DNA from: the human T2T-CHM13v2.0 reference genome, Homo sapiens
Length of the DNA stretch: 64,000 nucleotides
Assembly: GCF_009914755.1 (NCBI RefSeq)
Contig: NC_060937.1
Reading direction: 5' to 3' (one strand)
Part shown: positions 49,194 to 62,119 of the stretch, one piece after another
How the letters are laid out: every line of letters starts with the position of its first letter
Position numbering within the stretch: the first letter of the stretch is position 1
The notes under the pieces: model-generated
The model's database searches: none
What the model was told of the DNA's origin: nothing
Seen by the model: the letters and a program-made list of their open reading frames with translations, nothing else
Program-made: the position numbers and the translations under genes

Positions 49194-50002
49194 GCTCTGA
49201 GTATTAATAAAAGCATGCCTATACTATGTTTAATAGTACCTGGTATATATTAATATAGACTTACATATTTATACACACACCACACCTATTCCTATACATA
49301 TAGATTCAATAAATGGCAACAATTATTTTGTTAAATGTTATTATGTATTACGTGTGATATATATTATAATAACATAAATATTATTGTAAAGTTACCACTT
49401 CAAAACGAGGAGTCTGAAATCATTGAAAAATAAGATTTATAAAATTTTCTTTGGAGTTTGTCTAACTTGAAAGATCGCCAAGAGCAGCCCAGCACAACGT
49501 CCTGATACATAAACTGTTAAAAATCCTGAAGCTTCCTGAGAGCCACATAGGCAGAAAGAATCTAGGTATAGGTCAGTGAAAGGAATCCCATATGAGAAGT
49601 GGTGGTGGAGGAAGTGTGGGTTGGTGGAAGAGATGTATGGCTATTAACGTGCTATTGAAATCCACTAATTCTCATACTCAAAAGCCTTTGGGAAGAATAG
49701 AGGAAAATGTTTTTCCCGTATTTACAATCTTCTTTAAGTACTAAGCCCATAATTGGGGTGGTTGTGGAAAAGGTGGATCTAGAACTCCATCAAACAACTT
49801 CCCTCTGGCCATTTCTGCATCCTCACTGTATTATTTGTTAATTCTACTCCTAAAATTGTGTGGAGGTTAACCAGGGCTTCAAACTAAACATATTAGTAGT
49901 AAAAGAGAGATTCCCTATTGAATTAATCTGACGTGATTACAGAAAAGGCAACTCATTCCTCCAGGACTTGGAGACTTTGAAGTGTGCACATGCATAGAAA
50001 AT

Positions 50003-50498
50003 GTGGAGGTTAATTTTTCTAAGATCAGCTTGGCTGGGCTAAGGAATGCCCAAATAGCGGGTAAAACATTATTTCTGGATGCGTCTGTGAAGGTGTCATT
50101 TTGATAGACTGAGTAAAGATTGCCCTCACCAATGTGGGTGGAGCTTATGCAATGCATTGAGGACCCAAACAGAACAAAAAGGCAGAGGAAGGGAGAACTG
50201 GCTGTCTCTGCTTGAGTTGGAACATCATATTTTTCTGTCTTTGGACATCAGATATTTGGTTCTCTGGACTTTGGACTCAAAATGGAATTTCTGCCATTGA
50301 TTCCCCTGGTTCTCAGACCTTGAGGTTTGGACTGGCACTACACTACTTGCCTTCCTGGGCCTCTGGCTTGCAAACAGCAGTTGATAGGATTTCTCAGCCT
50401 CCAAAATCACATGACCCAATCCTTCATAATAATTATCTTTCTATATATTTTTATATAGTTATTGATTCTGTTTCTCTGGAGAACTCTGTCTAAAATAG
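50003..50498 (+). mobile_element. MLT2 (B-like) ERVL LTR
   Basis: CTTGGCTGGGCTAAGGAATGCCC...GATTGCCCTCACCAATGTGGGTGG...TTCTGTTTCTCTGGAGAAC. Confidence 0.85.
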
Positions 50499-50653
50499 AT
50501 ATTTGGAAATAGCAAGCAAAAATTTTGGAAACTCTTCCTAGTCAAAATATAAAGTAGACAATTAATTACCCTCATGGAGTAGTAGCATCCTGGGCAATAT
50601 ATTTTGCTAATGCAGCAAAATACAATTGTTAGTTGACTCACTCTAGCTCTAAG

Positions 50654-50685
50654 TCTATCTATCTATCTATCTATCTATCTATATA
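50654..50685. repeat. (TCTA)n
   Basis: Read directly. Confidence 0.9.
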
Positions 50686-51684
50686 TTTTTTTTGTCTCTT
50701 TCAATTTTCTTATGCTGATCAAGACGATCAGAAGACTGGTTTTTAGACTATTGGTAACTACTACAAGTTTGAAATATTTAATTTGAGTTAATTCATATAC
50801 ATTATGAGAAAGTTTGAGAGAAACCTAATGCTCAATTAACAAATAATTTAAATATTATTTCCATTTTATTACTTGATTCCCCAAGTCTTTCAGTGGCTGC
50901 CTTGGATAATAGGTATGCTTTGGAATGTACATGTGAGATTTCAAAAGCAAAACAAAATGAATTATGACATTCTTTTATGAAGTAGAATTTCTGAGAGTAA
51001 TTCAGTGTAAGTAAAATCAATATAAACATCTATATTATCCCTGATTGATGGGAAAAGGATAATATACTATCAAAACTACCTTGAAAGTAATCGTAAAGTG
51101 GATTTTCCACTCAGGATACCTTTTCACAGTTTTATTCCCTAGGAGAGAATGTCATGTGCTATTAACCCTCATGAACCCTTGACCTTGGTTCACATAAAGA
51201 CAGTGAGAACTGGTCCTAGTTATTAAAGAAATTAGGCATAGACACATTCTTGCTTTTATAGTAAGAAATAATAAGGTTTTCTTTCACTCTGGGGAGAGGT
51301 TATTAAAGCTAAATATTACAATGTTTTTTAAGGGAGAGAGTTCGTTTTGACAATCCAAGAGAAGTGTATGTTTTGCATAAATACATAATGTAGATTTGTG
51401 ATTTTATAAAGATGACAAAAAGTAAAAACAAAGTAAGTCTGTTAAGAACATATAGAAGAATAAGAAACATTCCTGTTAGACCAGCTTGTAAAAACAATTT
51501 AAATTATTAGACGGAGACTACATTCCATTTTATAAAGAGCAAAAATTAGATAGGTAATTGTCCTGTTACGAGTTATTCGAGAATGTTTTATATATTTAAA
51601 TAATTCGCTACCAATGATGGCATGAACAGAAATACAGATTACATTTACTGTCAATCTCTATTTGAGGTGGTTTAATTTTGTGAT

Positions 51685-52887
51685 TGTGTCCAGAATTGGT
51701 GGGTTCTTGGTCTCGCTGACTTCAAGAATGACGCCGCGGACCTTAGCAGTGAGTGTTACAGTTCTTAAAGATGGTGTGTCTGGAGTCTGTTCCTTCATAT
51801 TTTCAGATGTGTCCGGGGTTTCTTCTTTCTGGTGGGTTCATGGTCTGGCTGACTTCAGGAGTGAAGCTGCAGGCCTTAACATTGAGTGTTAACAGCTCTT
51901 AAAGGCGGCACATCTGGAGTTGTTCGTTCCTTCCGGTGGGTTCCTGGTCTCCCTGGCCTCAGGAGTGAAACTGCAGACCTTCCACGTGAGTGTTACAGTT
52001 CACAAAGGTGGTGTCCAGAGTTGTTCCTTCCTCCCATCCAGAGTTGTTCGACCCTCCCCGTGGGTTCATGGTCTCGCTGGCTTCAGGAGTGAAGCTGCAG
52101 ACCTTCACTGTGACGGTTACAGCTCATAAAGGCGGCACAGACCCAAAGAGCCAGCAACATTAAGATTGATTGCAAAGAGCAAAAGAACAAAGCCACCACA
52201 GCATAGAAGGGCACCTGAGAAGGTTACCGCTGCTGGCTCAGGTGGCCTGCTTTTATTCCCTTATCTGGCCCCACTCACATCCTGCTGATTGGTCCATTTT
52301 GCAGAGAGCTGATTGGTGTGTTTACAAACCTTCAGCTAGACACAGAGTGCTGATTGGTGCATTTACAATCTTTTAGCTAGATGGAAAAGTTCTCCAAGTC
52401 CCTACCCGGCCCAGAAGCCCAGCCGGCTTCACCTCTCACTGGCGCTGGCTGCAGGACTTTGCTGCCGCACCTAACCCGGGTACTCTGGCAGCCTAGAGAA
52501 AGCTCCTCCCAGACAATCAAGAGGAAAAGAGGGGAAGAGAGAAAGAGACGGAGAGCTGCCATCATGGCCAAAGACCCCGAGAAGAGGGACGGCGGTCTAC
52601 GCACGGGACCCAGCCTCCGATCAAGCCCAGCAGGTGCCGAGATCGCGCCCACCCGGACCCCACGCCGGCTGGCCAGCACTGCGGGCAGCCCCGGCTTCTG
52701 CCCGCGCCTCTCTCTTCACACTTCCCCGAGAGCAGAGGGAGCCGGCTCAGGCCTCAGCCAGCCCCAGAGAAGGGCCCTCACAGCGCAGGGGGGCGCTGAA
52801 GGGCTCCTGGAGCGCGGCCAGAGCGGACATGGAGGCCGAGGAGGCGCCAAGAGCGAGCGAGGGCTGCTAGCACGTTGTCATCTCTCA
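51685..52887 (-). mobile_element. LTR12 (ERV9) solo LTR
   Basis: Minus strand TGAGAGATGACAACGTGCTAGCAG...AATTCTGGACACA, with 4-bp TSD TGAT (51681-51684 and 52888-52891). U5 repeats GAAGCTGCAGACCTT. Confidence 0.95.
52251..52357 (-). promoter_or_regulatory. LTR12 core promoter: three CCAAT boxes and an AATAAAA TATA-like box
   Basis: ATTGG at 52288, 52312 and 52353; TTTTATT at 52251-52257. Matches the known ERV9 NF-Y promoter layout. Activity unknown. Confidence 0.65.
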
Positions 52888-52936
52888 TGATGTTGTAAAA
52901 TAAGAAAGAGTAAATGTTATTTTAGATTTCCTTCCT

Positions 52937-53307
<371 letters not shown>

Positions 53308-55689
53308 CTATAAGAGTTAAGCAAAGCTGTATTTATTTTGCTGCAACACTGCTATGCACAGTGACATGGTCAAGTTGCTTTTTATAATGATTTATAGTGA
53401 TATTAATTTGCGTCAGTCGTTTTCATGACCCCAAAGCCAACTCAATAATACCAGAAAATATTTGTTTGCTTGCCTACATTTTGTAATAATCCAATGTCCT
53501 GAAATAAAAATGAATATTTTCTTCCTGGAAATAAAGTGAGATAATTTTCTTCTTCCGAGAGAGTCATGAAACAAGAACAGAATGACATTATACTAAACTA
53601 TTTCACAAATATTGGTCAACAGTGGAGGCTTTTTTGTTCATTTATGTAAATTTGATTTGGCTCTATTTTCCTAAGTTGCATTTTATGCTTCTTTCACCTG
53701 CCTTGCCAAGTGAAAAGAAAAATCATTTATTTATTAAAACATACACTAATAGAAGAAAATAATTTCACTCTTCAGAAACTTTGGCATTATGAAGTCACTG
53801 GTTACTGGAGATTTAATTTCTGTAACATATCTGAAGTGCTTATTTTTTTCTTTCCATGAAGGAAACCTTTTGGAATTAAGATATGGTACATTGAACTAAA
53901 CGGGGATTGCATTTGCTGTTTCTGTGATAACATTTTACATCTGAAATTCCAATAAATATTTCTCTTCTTGCTTTGAGGTGGTTTAGTTAATCATTCAGGT
54001 GGTTGGCTTTCATAAGAAGTAAAGGCATGCCAGCATTTATAGTTTCCCAGAGTTCGTTTTTTGCCTCAAGCTTGTATTTATTCTTATTACACTCACTAGC
54101 TTAGATACCAGGTGAATACCTGGGAGAAAGAAACAATTAATTTCAAAAGTAATAAAAATAAAAGAACAAAAAAACACAAAACTATTCAACATGCCAGCAA
54201 TCCTGTTCTCTTAAGAAACCTACCTGTTTTTTTCAATGTGTGTAAGTTTTAGCATTTTATAGCAATTAGATGAGTCTGTATATCATTAGAACTTCTGTCG
54301 TTGGAATTAGGACAAAACTATTTTCTGCAATAAATATTTGGCTCTAGAAATCTATTTTGACCTGTACTATAATGCATAGCAGCAGAATTAAAATATTGTG
54401 TGTTATCATCAAAAGTTTCAGCCTTATTTTTTCACATTTGAATATAAATATTAAAATGATGAAGGCCCATTTCTTTTAGTCTTTTTATTCTTAGAGAATG
54501 CTGAATAAATGTTATAAAACAAGAAAAAGACTGTAAAATAATAATTGCTAATTATAAAAAAAATTTAAAAATATGTCATCAAGCCACAATAGCGGTTCTC
54601 TATTTCTTTTTTTAATTTAAAATGGACATGAACAAACTTTCATAATACCTTTGTGGAATCTAGTTAGAGCTTTACTCCATTACAGAATAGAAACTTTTCA
54701 CTGTGAAGAGATCAAAAGCACTGCTTTCCTTTGTGGCAAATGAATATTTTATTATCTAATGCTAAATAAAATTTGCTGGCAAAAGAAATGATATGCTAGT
54801 AAAAAAACAACAAAAGACTTTTTCTGACAGTATGATTTACATAACTACATTTTCATTACTTTTATTTTTCTACATAACTAGTGTCTTTTCAGTTGCAAAT
54901 GTTTGACATTCTGACAAGTAGTGTGGCATAGTCTTAGATTATAGGTTGCATTTAGCCAAAAGAAAGACTTCGAATGGAATTTTTTTCTATTGACACACTT
55001 TCTAACAACATACTTATTTTCTAAAAAGGTTTTTATAACTTAGTGTTGATAATATCAAATATCTAAGCAATTTTGCTTAAAAAGCGTAGAACACCAATAT
55101 TTAATGAAGATTAATTAAATAGCACACATTGATTACTTGTTTAAAAATATTCGGAAAAGTTTTGACACATGCTAAAGTGCTGAAGTATGGTTTTGGCCTT
55201 CCATAAAAATAATATATTGTGCATAAATGGATGCAGAATGAAGAAAGCAATGAGAAAACATCTAGAAAATTGCTAGTGTGGTAAACATATTAAAATAATT
55301 TGGCATGGGAAATGTTTTTTCTCTTTTAAATTTAATTACGGTAAGAAAGAAGAGCATTTTAAAGAAGATGTTAATTTCCATCAACAATATGCAAGAGAAA
55401 ATAATGTAGAGTATGTATATTAGAGAAACAAATAACTGCATATATGTGTGGTTAAAACTTAATGCCTTCTGGCTTTGTCATTTATAAGAATTATTACCTA
55501 CACAAGGAGTACTGTGCTGAACCCTTTACATTTCCTTAGTTTTTTCACATAAAAGCAAACACGTCTCCATTTTCTTTCTTTTTTTTTTTTTTTTTTGATG
55601 TTCACCTGGTATTTACCTCTAAATTTCTAAATAACTGTGCAAAGGAGGGTTAACCCAATAGATGAGATTGCTCAAACCTTCCACATTCC

Positions 55690-56549
55690 CAAGAAATATC
55701 TATTTTCCGGACTAGTCCCTGGCTGGCTCATGGAAGCTTAAGCACTGGGCTTCTCAGAGTCATGAAAATAAGGTCACTCCACTTTTTACTCTTTGGTTCT
55801 TGGACTCATACAGTCTATCTTAATGGTTAAATGACTGTCGGGTCAACACACATTCTGCATCTCAAAGGACAACACTACAATCCCATGCATATTATTTCCA
55901 AGTTTATGCTTAGCTTCACTTTAAATTTTCTCAGCCCTCACCTTTTTGGGTGATATGGGGTTTAGTATGCAATCGTCTTGTGTCCATTAACACACCTCTT
56001 TCACCATAAAACAGGTTTCTTTGCCTGTGAGTATATAATACAGGGTCCCATGTCAATATATCTGTGAACAATACTATCCTTAACTAGTAGTGTGGTCCTA
56101 GCCATTGTTAGCAAGAAAAGCAAATTTTACATGAGCCTTACTCAAAACCAACTGCTCCCCTTTTTGGAATGATCCTAAATGCTCAACTTGCAACCAAGTG
56201 GCTGGTTGGCCTCCCCATAGAACAGTGTCCTGTTGAGGTCATAGTTTCTGATGATGACAGGATGGATATTCTGCAGCCACAATAGAAACCTGGATGAGAG
56301 GGAGCCTATGCTGTTGGCTTGCCAGCAGCCACCTTGGCTACATCCACTATGAGTGCCTCCACTATGAGCAGCTAAGGAGAGATACTAGCTGGCATTTGCT
56401 GGATAAAAGACATCCCATCCACTTTGTTGTTTAGTGTCTGCTCTTCAGTGGGTGTTCTCTGATGGGCATTGATGTAAGATAACAATACATCTTCTTTCTA
56501 CCTGATTCCATGTGTTCATCTACACTACTTTTTCCCAAATCGAGGTCAG
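55690..56549 (-). mobile_element. ERVL/MaLR-class internal remnant (RNase H end and integrase start)
   Basis: Minus-strand manual translations SYINAHQRTPTEEQTLNNKVDGM and GGQPATWLQVEHLG resemble ERVL pol motifs. Confidence 0.65.
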
Positions 56550-57215
56550 TGTTAGGGCTCTGAACACAATACCCTAAAGTTTGGTACCTGGTGTGCTGAG
56601 TACTTTGAACTACAGGAGATTGGAAGGACCTCAGAAGCAAGGTCTTTCTGACTTCTTATCCTCCTGTTTCCTTCTTCTCTTTCTTTGCTGAAGTCAGTCA
56701 TGGAACTCAGACTTCCTCTTCTCCAAGGCGGATCATAGAAAGTAAAATTCTTCTTCCCCAAGGCACGTCATGGAAACAAAAATTCTTCTCCAAAGCAAGC
56801 CATAAAACCTAGAAGGCTCATTCTAACTTTTTTTCCCTTCTCCCTTGAAGACACTTATTCTAGGAAGGTCCTGCCCATACCTAGGAGGAAGAAACCCTAC
56901 ATAAAAAGGCTAATAAATATTTGAATAGAAAGGCATTATTGTGTTTCCCCCTTCAGTCTGTTACCAATGGATTATACACTTTTGTCCAGTCAACTTTCTA
57001 CGTGGATACCCATTCTTCATGAGCCTAAGCATCAAAATAGACAGTTCCCCCTGGGTCATTGGGTCTTCATTTCTGAAGGCTCCTGTGTCATGTAAAAAAT
57101 TGATTAAATAAATTGCTATCCTTTTCTCTTGTTAATCTCTGTCTTTTGTTACAGGAATGTCAGCCATGACCTATGATGTGTGAAGAAAGATATCTCACAC
57201 CTTTCTACCCCTTCA
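56550..57215 (+). mobile_element. MER39-like ERV1 LTR
   Basis: TGTTAGGGCTCTGAACACAATACCCTAAAG...TGCTGAGTACTTTGAAC; has TAAATAAA and ends CCCCTTCA. Confidence 0.7.
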
Positions 57216-57745
57216 CCACTGTCTATTCCACTCTTAATCTGCACTCAACTACTGTGACTCTCCCCTTGGTCTCTTATCCCAGAGTACTGTGACTCTACCT
57301 CTAAGCCTTGCTTCCTGCTCTTGTGCCATTTTTTACATCTTTCTCTAATCTTACGGATTAAATTATATCCATTTGAACGTCTGGGATGAAATCTGTTTTC
57401 TGATGCATCCCTTACAAATATAAGGACATTTAAACAAATATTTAAGGGAGGATATCTCAGAGGAGACTGTTTTGGACAGAAGTAACACCAAGATCTAATA
57501 AAGGAATCATACCTTGCCTGGATCTTTGAAAAACAGTACGACCAGTGTGAATGAATGGAGCAACCAAGAGGTTAGGCAGTAGGAGATGAGGCCAGAGAAG
57601 AAAGAGGGTGTGGTAGCCCCCAATCCTGGCACTTACTTCCACTGGATCTAAAATCGAGCATGGAATTATGCTGACCACATCAGTCTAACTAATATTGATC
57701 TAAGTCATCATATGACTAGTAACATTTATGTTGTAGCACCTAAAT

Positions 57746-57934
57746 CAGGAGTCTGCAAAGGATAGCCCACTGCCAAAATCTGGCCCACTCTCCAGTTTTT
57801 GTAACTAAAATGTTATCAGAACTCAGCTAAGTCCATTCATTTACAAACTGTCTATGGTGGCAGAGACAATATGGCTCACAAAATCTAAAATATTTACTCT
57901 CTGGCTCTTTATAGAAAAAATTTGCTGACCCCTT
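57746..57934 (+). mobile_element. MER58A-like hAT-Charlie MITE
   Basis: CAGGAGTCTGCAAA...TTTGCTGACCCCT terminal inverted repeats; 8-bp TSD ACCTAAAT/GTCTAAAT. Confidence 0.8.
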
Positions 57935-58294
57935 GTCTAAATTATAGCAAGTATGAAATCCTCTGTCATCAGCAATGGCATAGAAGGCAGCATAGGAATT
58001 TTTAAATTTGCCCTTGAATTATATCATAAGCCTTATGTTTGAGGTCGTATTTTTGCAAAGTGCTGAGCACCCCTGTCCTATAATGAGGAGGGCCCACTTT
58101 CCTTTCTCAATTGGTCTGTCTTATAACATTTAGGAAGAGACTCACAGTCTCTCTGTGGCCTTGTATTCTTGGCTAATATCCTGTTTTTTTCTTCCTAGAG
58201 TACTCTCTACTCTGTCTTAGAGTTTCCAACTGTTTATCTGAAGTAGTGGTGTCAGCCTCTGCAATGCTTTCTGTTCTACAGGGTGTAGGGTCTT

Positions 58295-58589
58295 TCTTTT
58301 TTTTTTTGAGACAGGGTTTCACTTCCTTGCCCATGCTGGAACACAGTGGCATGATAATGGCTCACTGCAGCCTTGACCTCCTAGTCCCAAACTAATCATC
58401 CCAACAGCCTCCCAAGTAGCTGGGACTACAGGTACACACCATCATGCCTGGCTAACTTTTGAACTGTTTTGTAGAGAAGGTTTCCCCATTTTGCCTAGGC
58501 TGGTCATGAACTCCTGGCCTCAAGCCATCCAACCCACCTCAGCCTTCCAAAGCACTGAGATCACGGGCATGAGCCACAGTGCCCAGTCG
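58295..58589 (-). mobile_element. AluJ
   Basis: Diverged dimer with GGCTCACTGCAGCCTTGACCTCC. Confidence 0.9.
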
Positions 58590-61473
58590 AGTGTACAGTC
58601 TTGATCCTCTGGTCTGTCCCACCTTGTCTTCTTTTGCTACAAGTAATTAGACAAAGTTCTAAGGTACAACAGGGATGCTGAGTCTAGTTTGTTTAAAGAT
58701 ATTATTCAGTTCCTATGAAAAGATCCATGAGTGTGTACGTTGGTTTTTAGTACAGCCTTGACAAGTTAATCCAGTGGAGAAACCTGCATGCAAATGTGAT
58801 TTCTGATTATAGCCTTGGCTACTTATGCAGTTTTTGGTGTTACTGAATTTTTTTAAACAACTTTCCAATTTCACAGGCTTACCCAAGGGTATGATCAATG
58901 AAAACCACAGCTTCTTTGTTAGTTGTAAAGGACTCAGAAGTCAGTGACGGCTGTTATTGACTCACTCATAAACAGCACATTAAGGAAAAGGAAGTTGAAC
59001 AGTCATCTACAGTTGTAAAAGGAGCACAAATAGTCTCTGTTTAACTTTTTTTTCTTTTTATATGTGGCCCGTCTAACAATTCTATCATGATCATCATCAA
59101 TCATTATCATCCTCCTCAACAAAGCTCTAATTTTATTTAGTTTCAGAAAAATTTAAGCTGATGGCAGTTCAATCCCTTTGAATATCTGTGATTGAGATAT
59201 TGTTCTTTAATTGTGAAGCCTCCTTTAGATTAATATTAATAAAATATTTATATAAATTTTGATGATTTTATAAATGTAGTCTTGACAGAATGATATGATC
59301 TCAATCACAGAATAGTATTTGTGAGAAACCAATGCTACCTCATTCGGTAACTTGAACTTATATAGTTATTGGCTGTTTAGTTTTTCTTCTTCATGATAAA
59401 ACAAAACATAGTAATCAGATTTACAAACCTAGTAATCAGATTACGAGATTATTCAACTCAAATATATACAATATAATTGTACTACAAGAGCTGTTTGTAC
59501 AAACATTTTCACTAACATCACCAGAAGTGAGAAATATGTATAGTAATGTATATTTTTTATTAGATAGTTTAATTCCAGCCAAGTATCAAGCCGTTTCCAT
59601 AATCTGACATACTAGCTAAGGAAAAATAATGAGGCCACTCAAAACTCTCTTTTTCTAGTTGTCTCAGTAGCTTCGATGTGATAAGCATGAAAAAACATGA
59701 ATTGCTAAACCAAATTTTAAAAAAATTTCTGAAACTATATAACACTCCTGAGAGGGCTGCAGATTTGTTAGTGGGTTGTTTTTCAGTCTGAAAAAAAATG
59801 ATTAAATATTTCTGCTGGAATGGAACATTTCAGTCATAACAAAATATAAACTCTAAGGAAGCTAATACTAGTATTGTTTGTTAAAATCCTTTTGTATTCT
59901 TTGCTTTTCATGGAGGGAGAGAGTTAAGTTACAAGGGAATGGTGAACCACAACAAATGAAAAGTTGTGAGTAGTGTACCTTTGCATTGCTGTATTTCAAA
60001 AGGTTTGCCAAAAACAAAAAATGAAAAAGAATGTCAATTATTTTTCTCTAAAATTGTGCCTAATTATGTTATATGATATTAAATTAACTGTTTAAAGAGA
60101 ATACATAGTATGCAAAATACTTCACACTTCACACATATAATTTTTAATTGAATTGTTAAAAAAATAAGCACAATTGCCTCTGTTTCACCAATGATTAAAT
60201 TAAGATGACCATAATCTATGGAAGCTGCCCAAAGAAAAACAGTAATGGAGTCAGATATAAATGAATCAGACTCCAAATCCCAATCACTTTTTCATAAAGT
60301 GTTTAGTAAGTATTTTTATCTAAAATGTAAGTGTGTGGCTATAAAAATGCCAATTATATAATAATTTGATTCTTGTTTCTATTTATTTGAAACCTAATTA
60401 GTGTATTTCCACAATATATAACATAATGCTAAAAAAGAAATTTGGTATTTTCAGTTTCCTTTAAATTTTCTGAACTGATTTTATTTTATAAACGATTTGC
60501 ATTTACCAAAATGTTATAAACTCAGTAATTATGTTTTGGTTCAGTGTTTTTTACCTGCCATCTACATTACATAAAAATCATTTCTGTAAAAGGAAGCAGA
60601 TTTTAATGAGCAAGCTACACAGAAATTTTCATCTCACACTTAACAATGGATATTATTGTTCTTATAATTTGCACTTCTCAGTCATAAGACATCCCTCTGT
60701 GGTTGTCATAATTGGTCTAATGAATTTCTTAAAATAAATGAAAGTCTAATTTGATCCGGTGCCCATGAACAATCCACTCATTCAAATCTAAATCACTGAC
60801 CTGATTTGAAGACGAATCATGCCAAAATGAAGTCATGCTTTCCTATTAAGTGTGTTGCCTCAGTGCAAGCTTTTGAATGGCTTGTTCTTAAGGTTTGAAG
60901 TGGGGATTTCCAGTGACAAAGAAACACAATTTGATCTCATAACCCTAGACACCCAGACTTATTTTAAATGATAGAGACTTAAGATTGAGAGAAAATCTGA
61001 GTCATCATCCAGTTCAGTATTTTTCACTTAGTGGGAAATGTACTGGTCACCTTGGGTTTGAACAGTTTAGCAACATTGCAGGATCTTCTACAGATGCATA
61101 CATAAGCATTTGAACAAATTCTCTAGGTAGGCAAAGATCATTGCAGCCGAATGTCTAATGATCTTTATCGCAGAGTTATCTATCCAATGTTCCAGGGTAA
61201 ATGTTCTATTATTAACATTCCTGAGGAAATACATTCATGGATATATATGTTTATTATATTATTTAACTACTATTTCAAATCTATATCAAGACTGGTCTTA
61301 ACATTTCTAAAATAGGTAACTATATCAACATCATAAAAAATGCTGCCACATTTTTTTCGAGAAAGAAATACTCTCTATACATATTGTTAAACCTTTCTGC
61401 ATTAGAACTAAAGACCGTGAAAAGAAGAACAGTTTTTATTGTGTTAAGACACTGATTGCTGGTTAGGAAAGAA

Positions 61474-61479
61474 TGCGTG

Positions 61480-61510
<31 letters not shown>

Positions 61511-61530
61511 CAGAGAGACAGAGAGAGAGA
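61474..61530. repeat. (TG)n(AG)n compound microsatellite
   Basis: Read directly. Confidence 0.9.
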
Positions 61531-62119
61531 AAAGCAGGGGAAGCTTGTAATGCATAATCAAATACTAAGGTTATGAGAGATTTATCCCAGATTATCTATA
61601 ATTTTCATTGGTCCCTGAATGGTGGAGGAAAGGTAAAAATATCTTTAATTACAGATTTCATCTTTGGCCACCAACAAAGGGGCATCACTTAATCCTATTG
61701 GTTTTAAATACCAATGAACTAGTGTAAAAGATAAGGATTCGTAAATTATTTCACTCATTCATTGAACTAGAGAATGAACTAGAAAAGAAAATTGAAAAGA
61801 GAATGCAGAATGGCACTTACTCAAATAGTTTTGATGATTTCTGCTTCACTGGCTGATTTTGTAGTGGGTGGCTGGAAATTACAGTGGGATCTTTAAATAA
61901 GTTTAGAGTCATATCTCTGACTTACCCTGAGTAATTTTTGACCCAGTAAAGCTGTTTTTTTTGGTAGGCTTAAAAATTCCACTGAGATTCTTCAGTCACC
62001 CACTCAACCACTTCCAAATGAATCTGAAAAACAGAAATCATCAAAACCAGTAGAATAAATGCTGCTCTGTTTTAAATTTTCTTTTCCAGTTCTCATTCAC
62101 TGAGATGAGAGTAAACATT

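Noticed and set aside
49859-50014. TGTGGAGGTTAA repeated 144 bp apart
   Set aside because: The second copy is the MLT2 start. There is no tail or element between the copies, so chance is likely.
52381-52890. 169-aa GC-rich ORF
   Set aside because: It lies within LTR12. High GC suppresses stops, and there is no recognisable domain.
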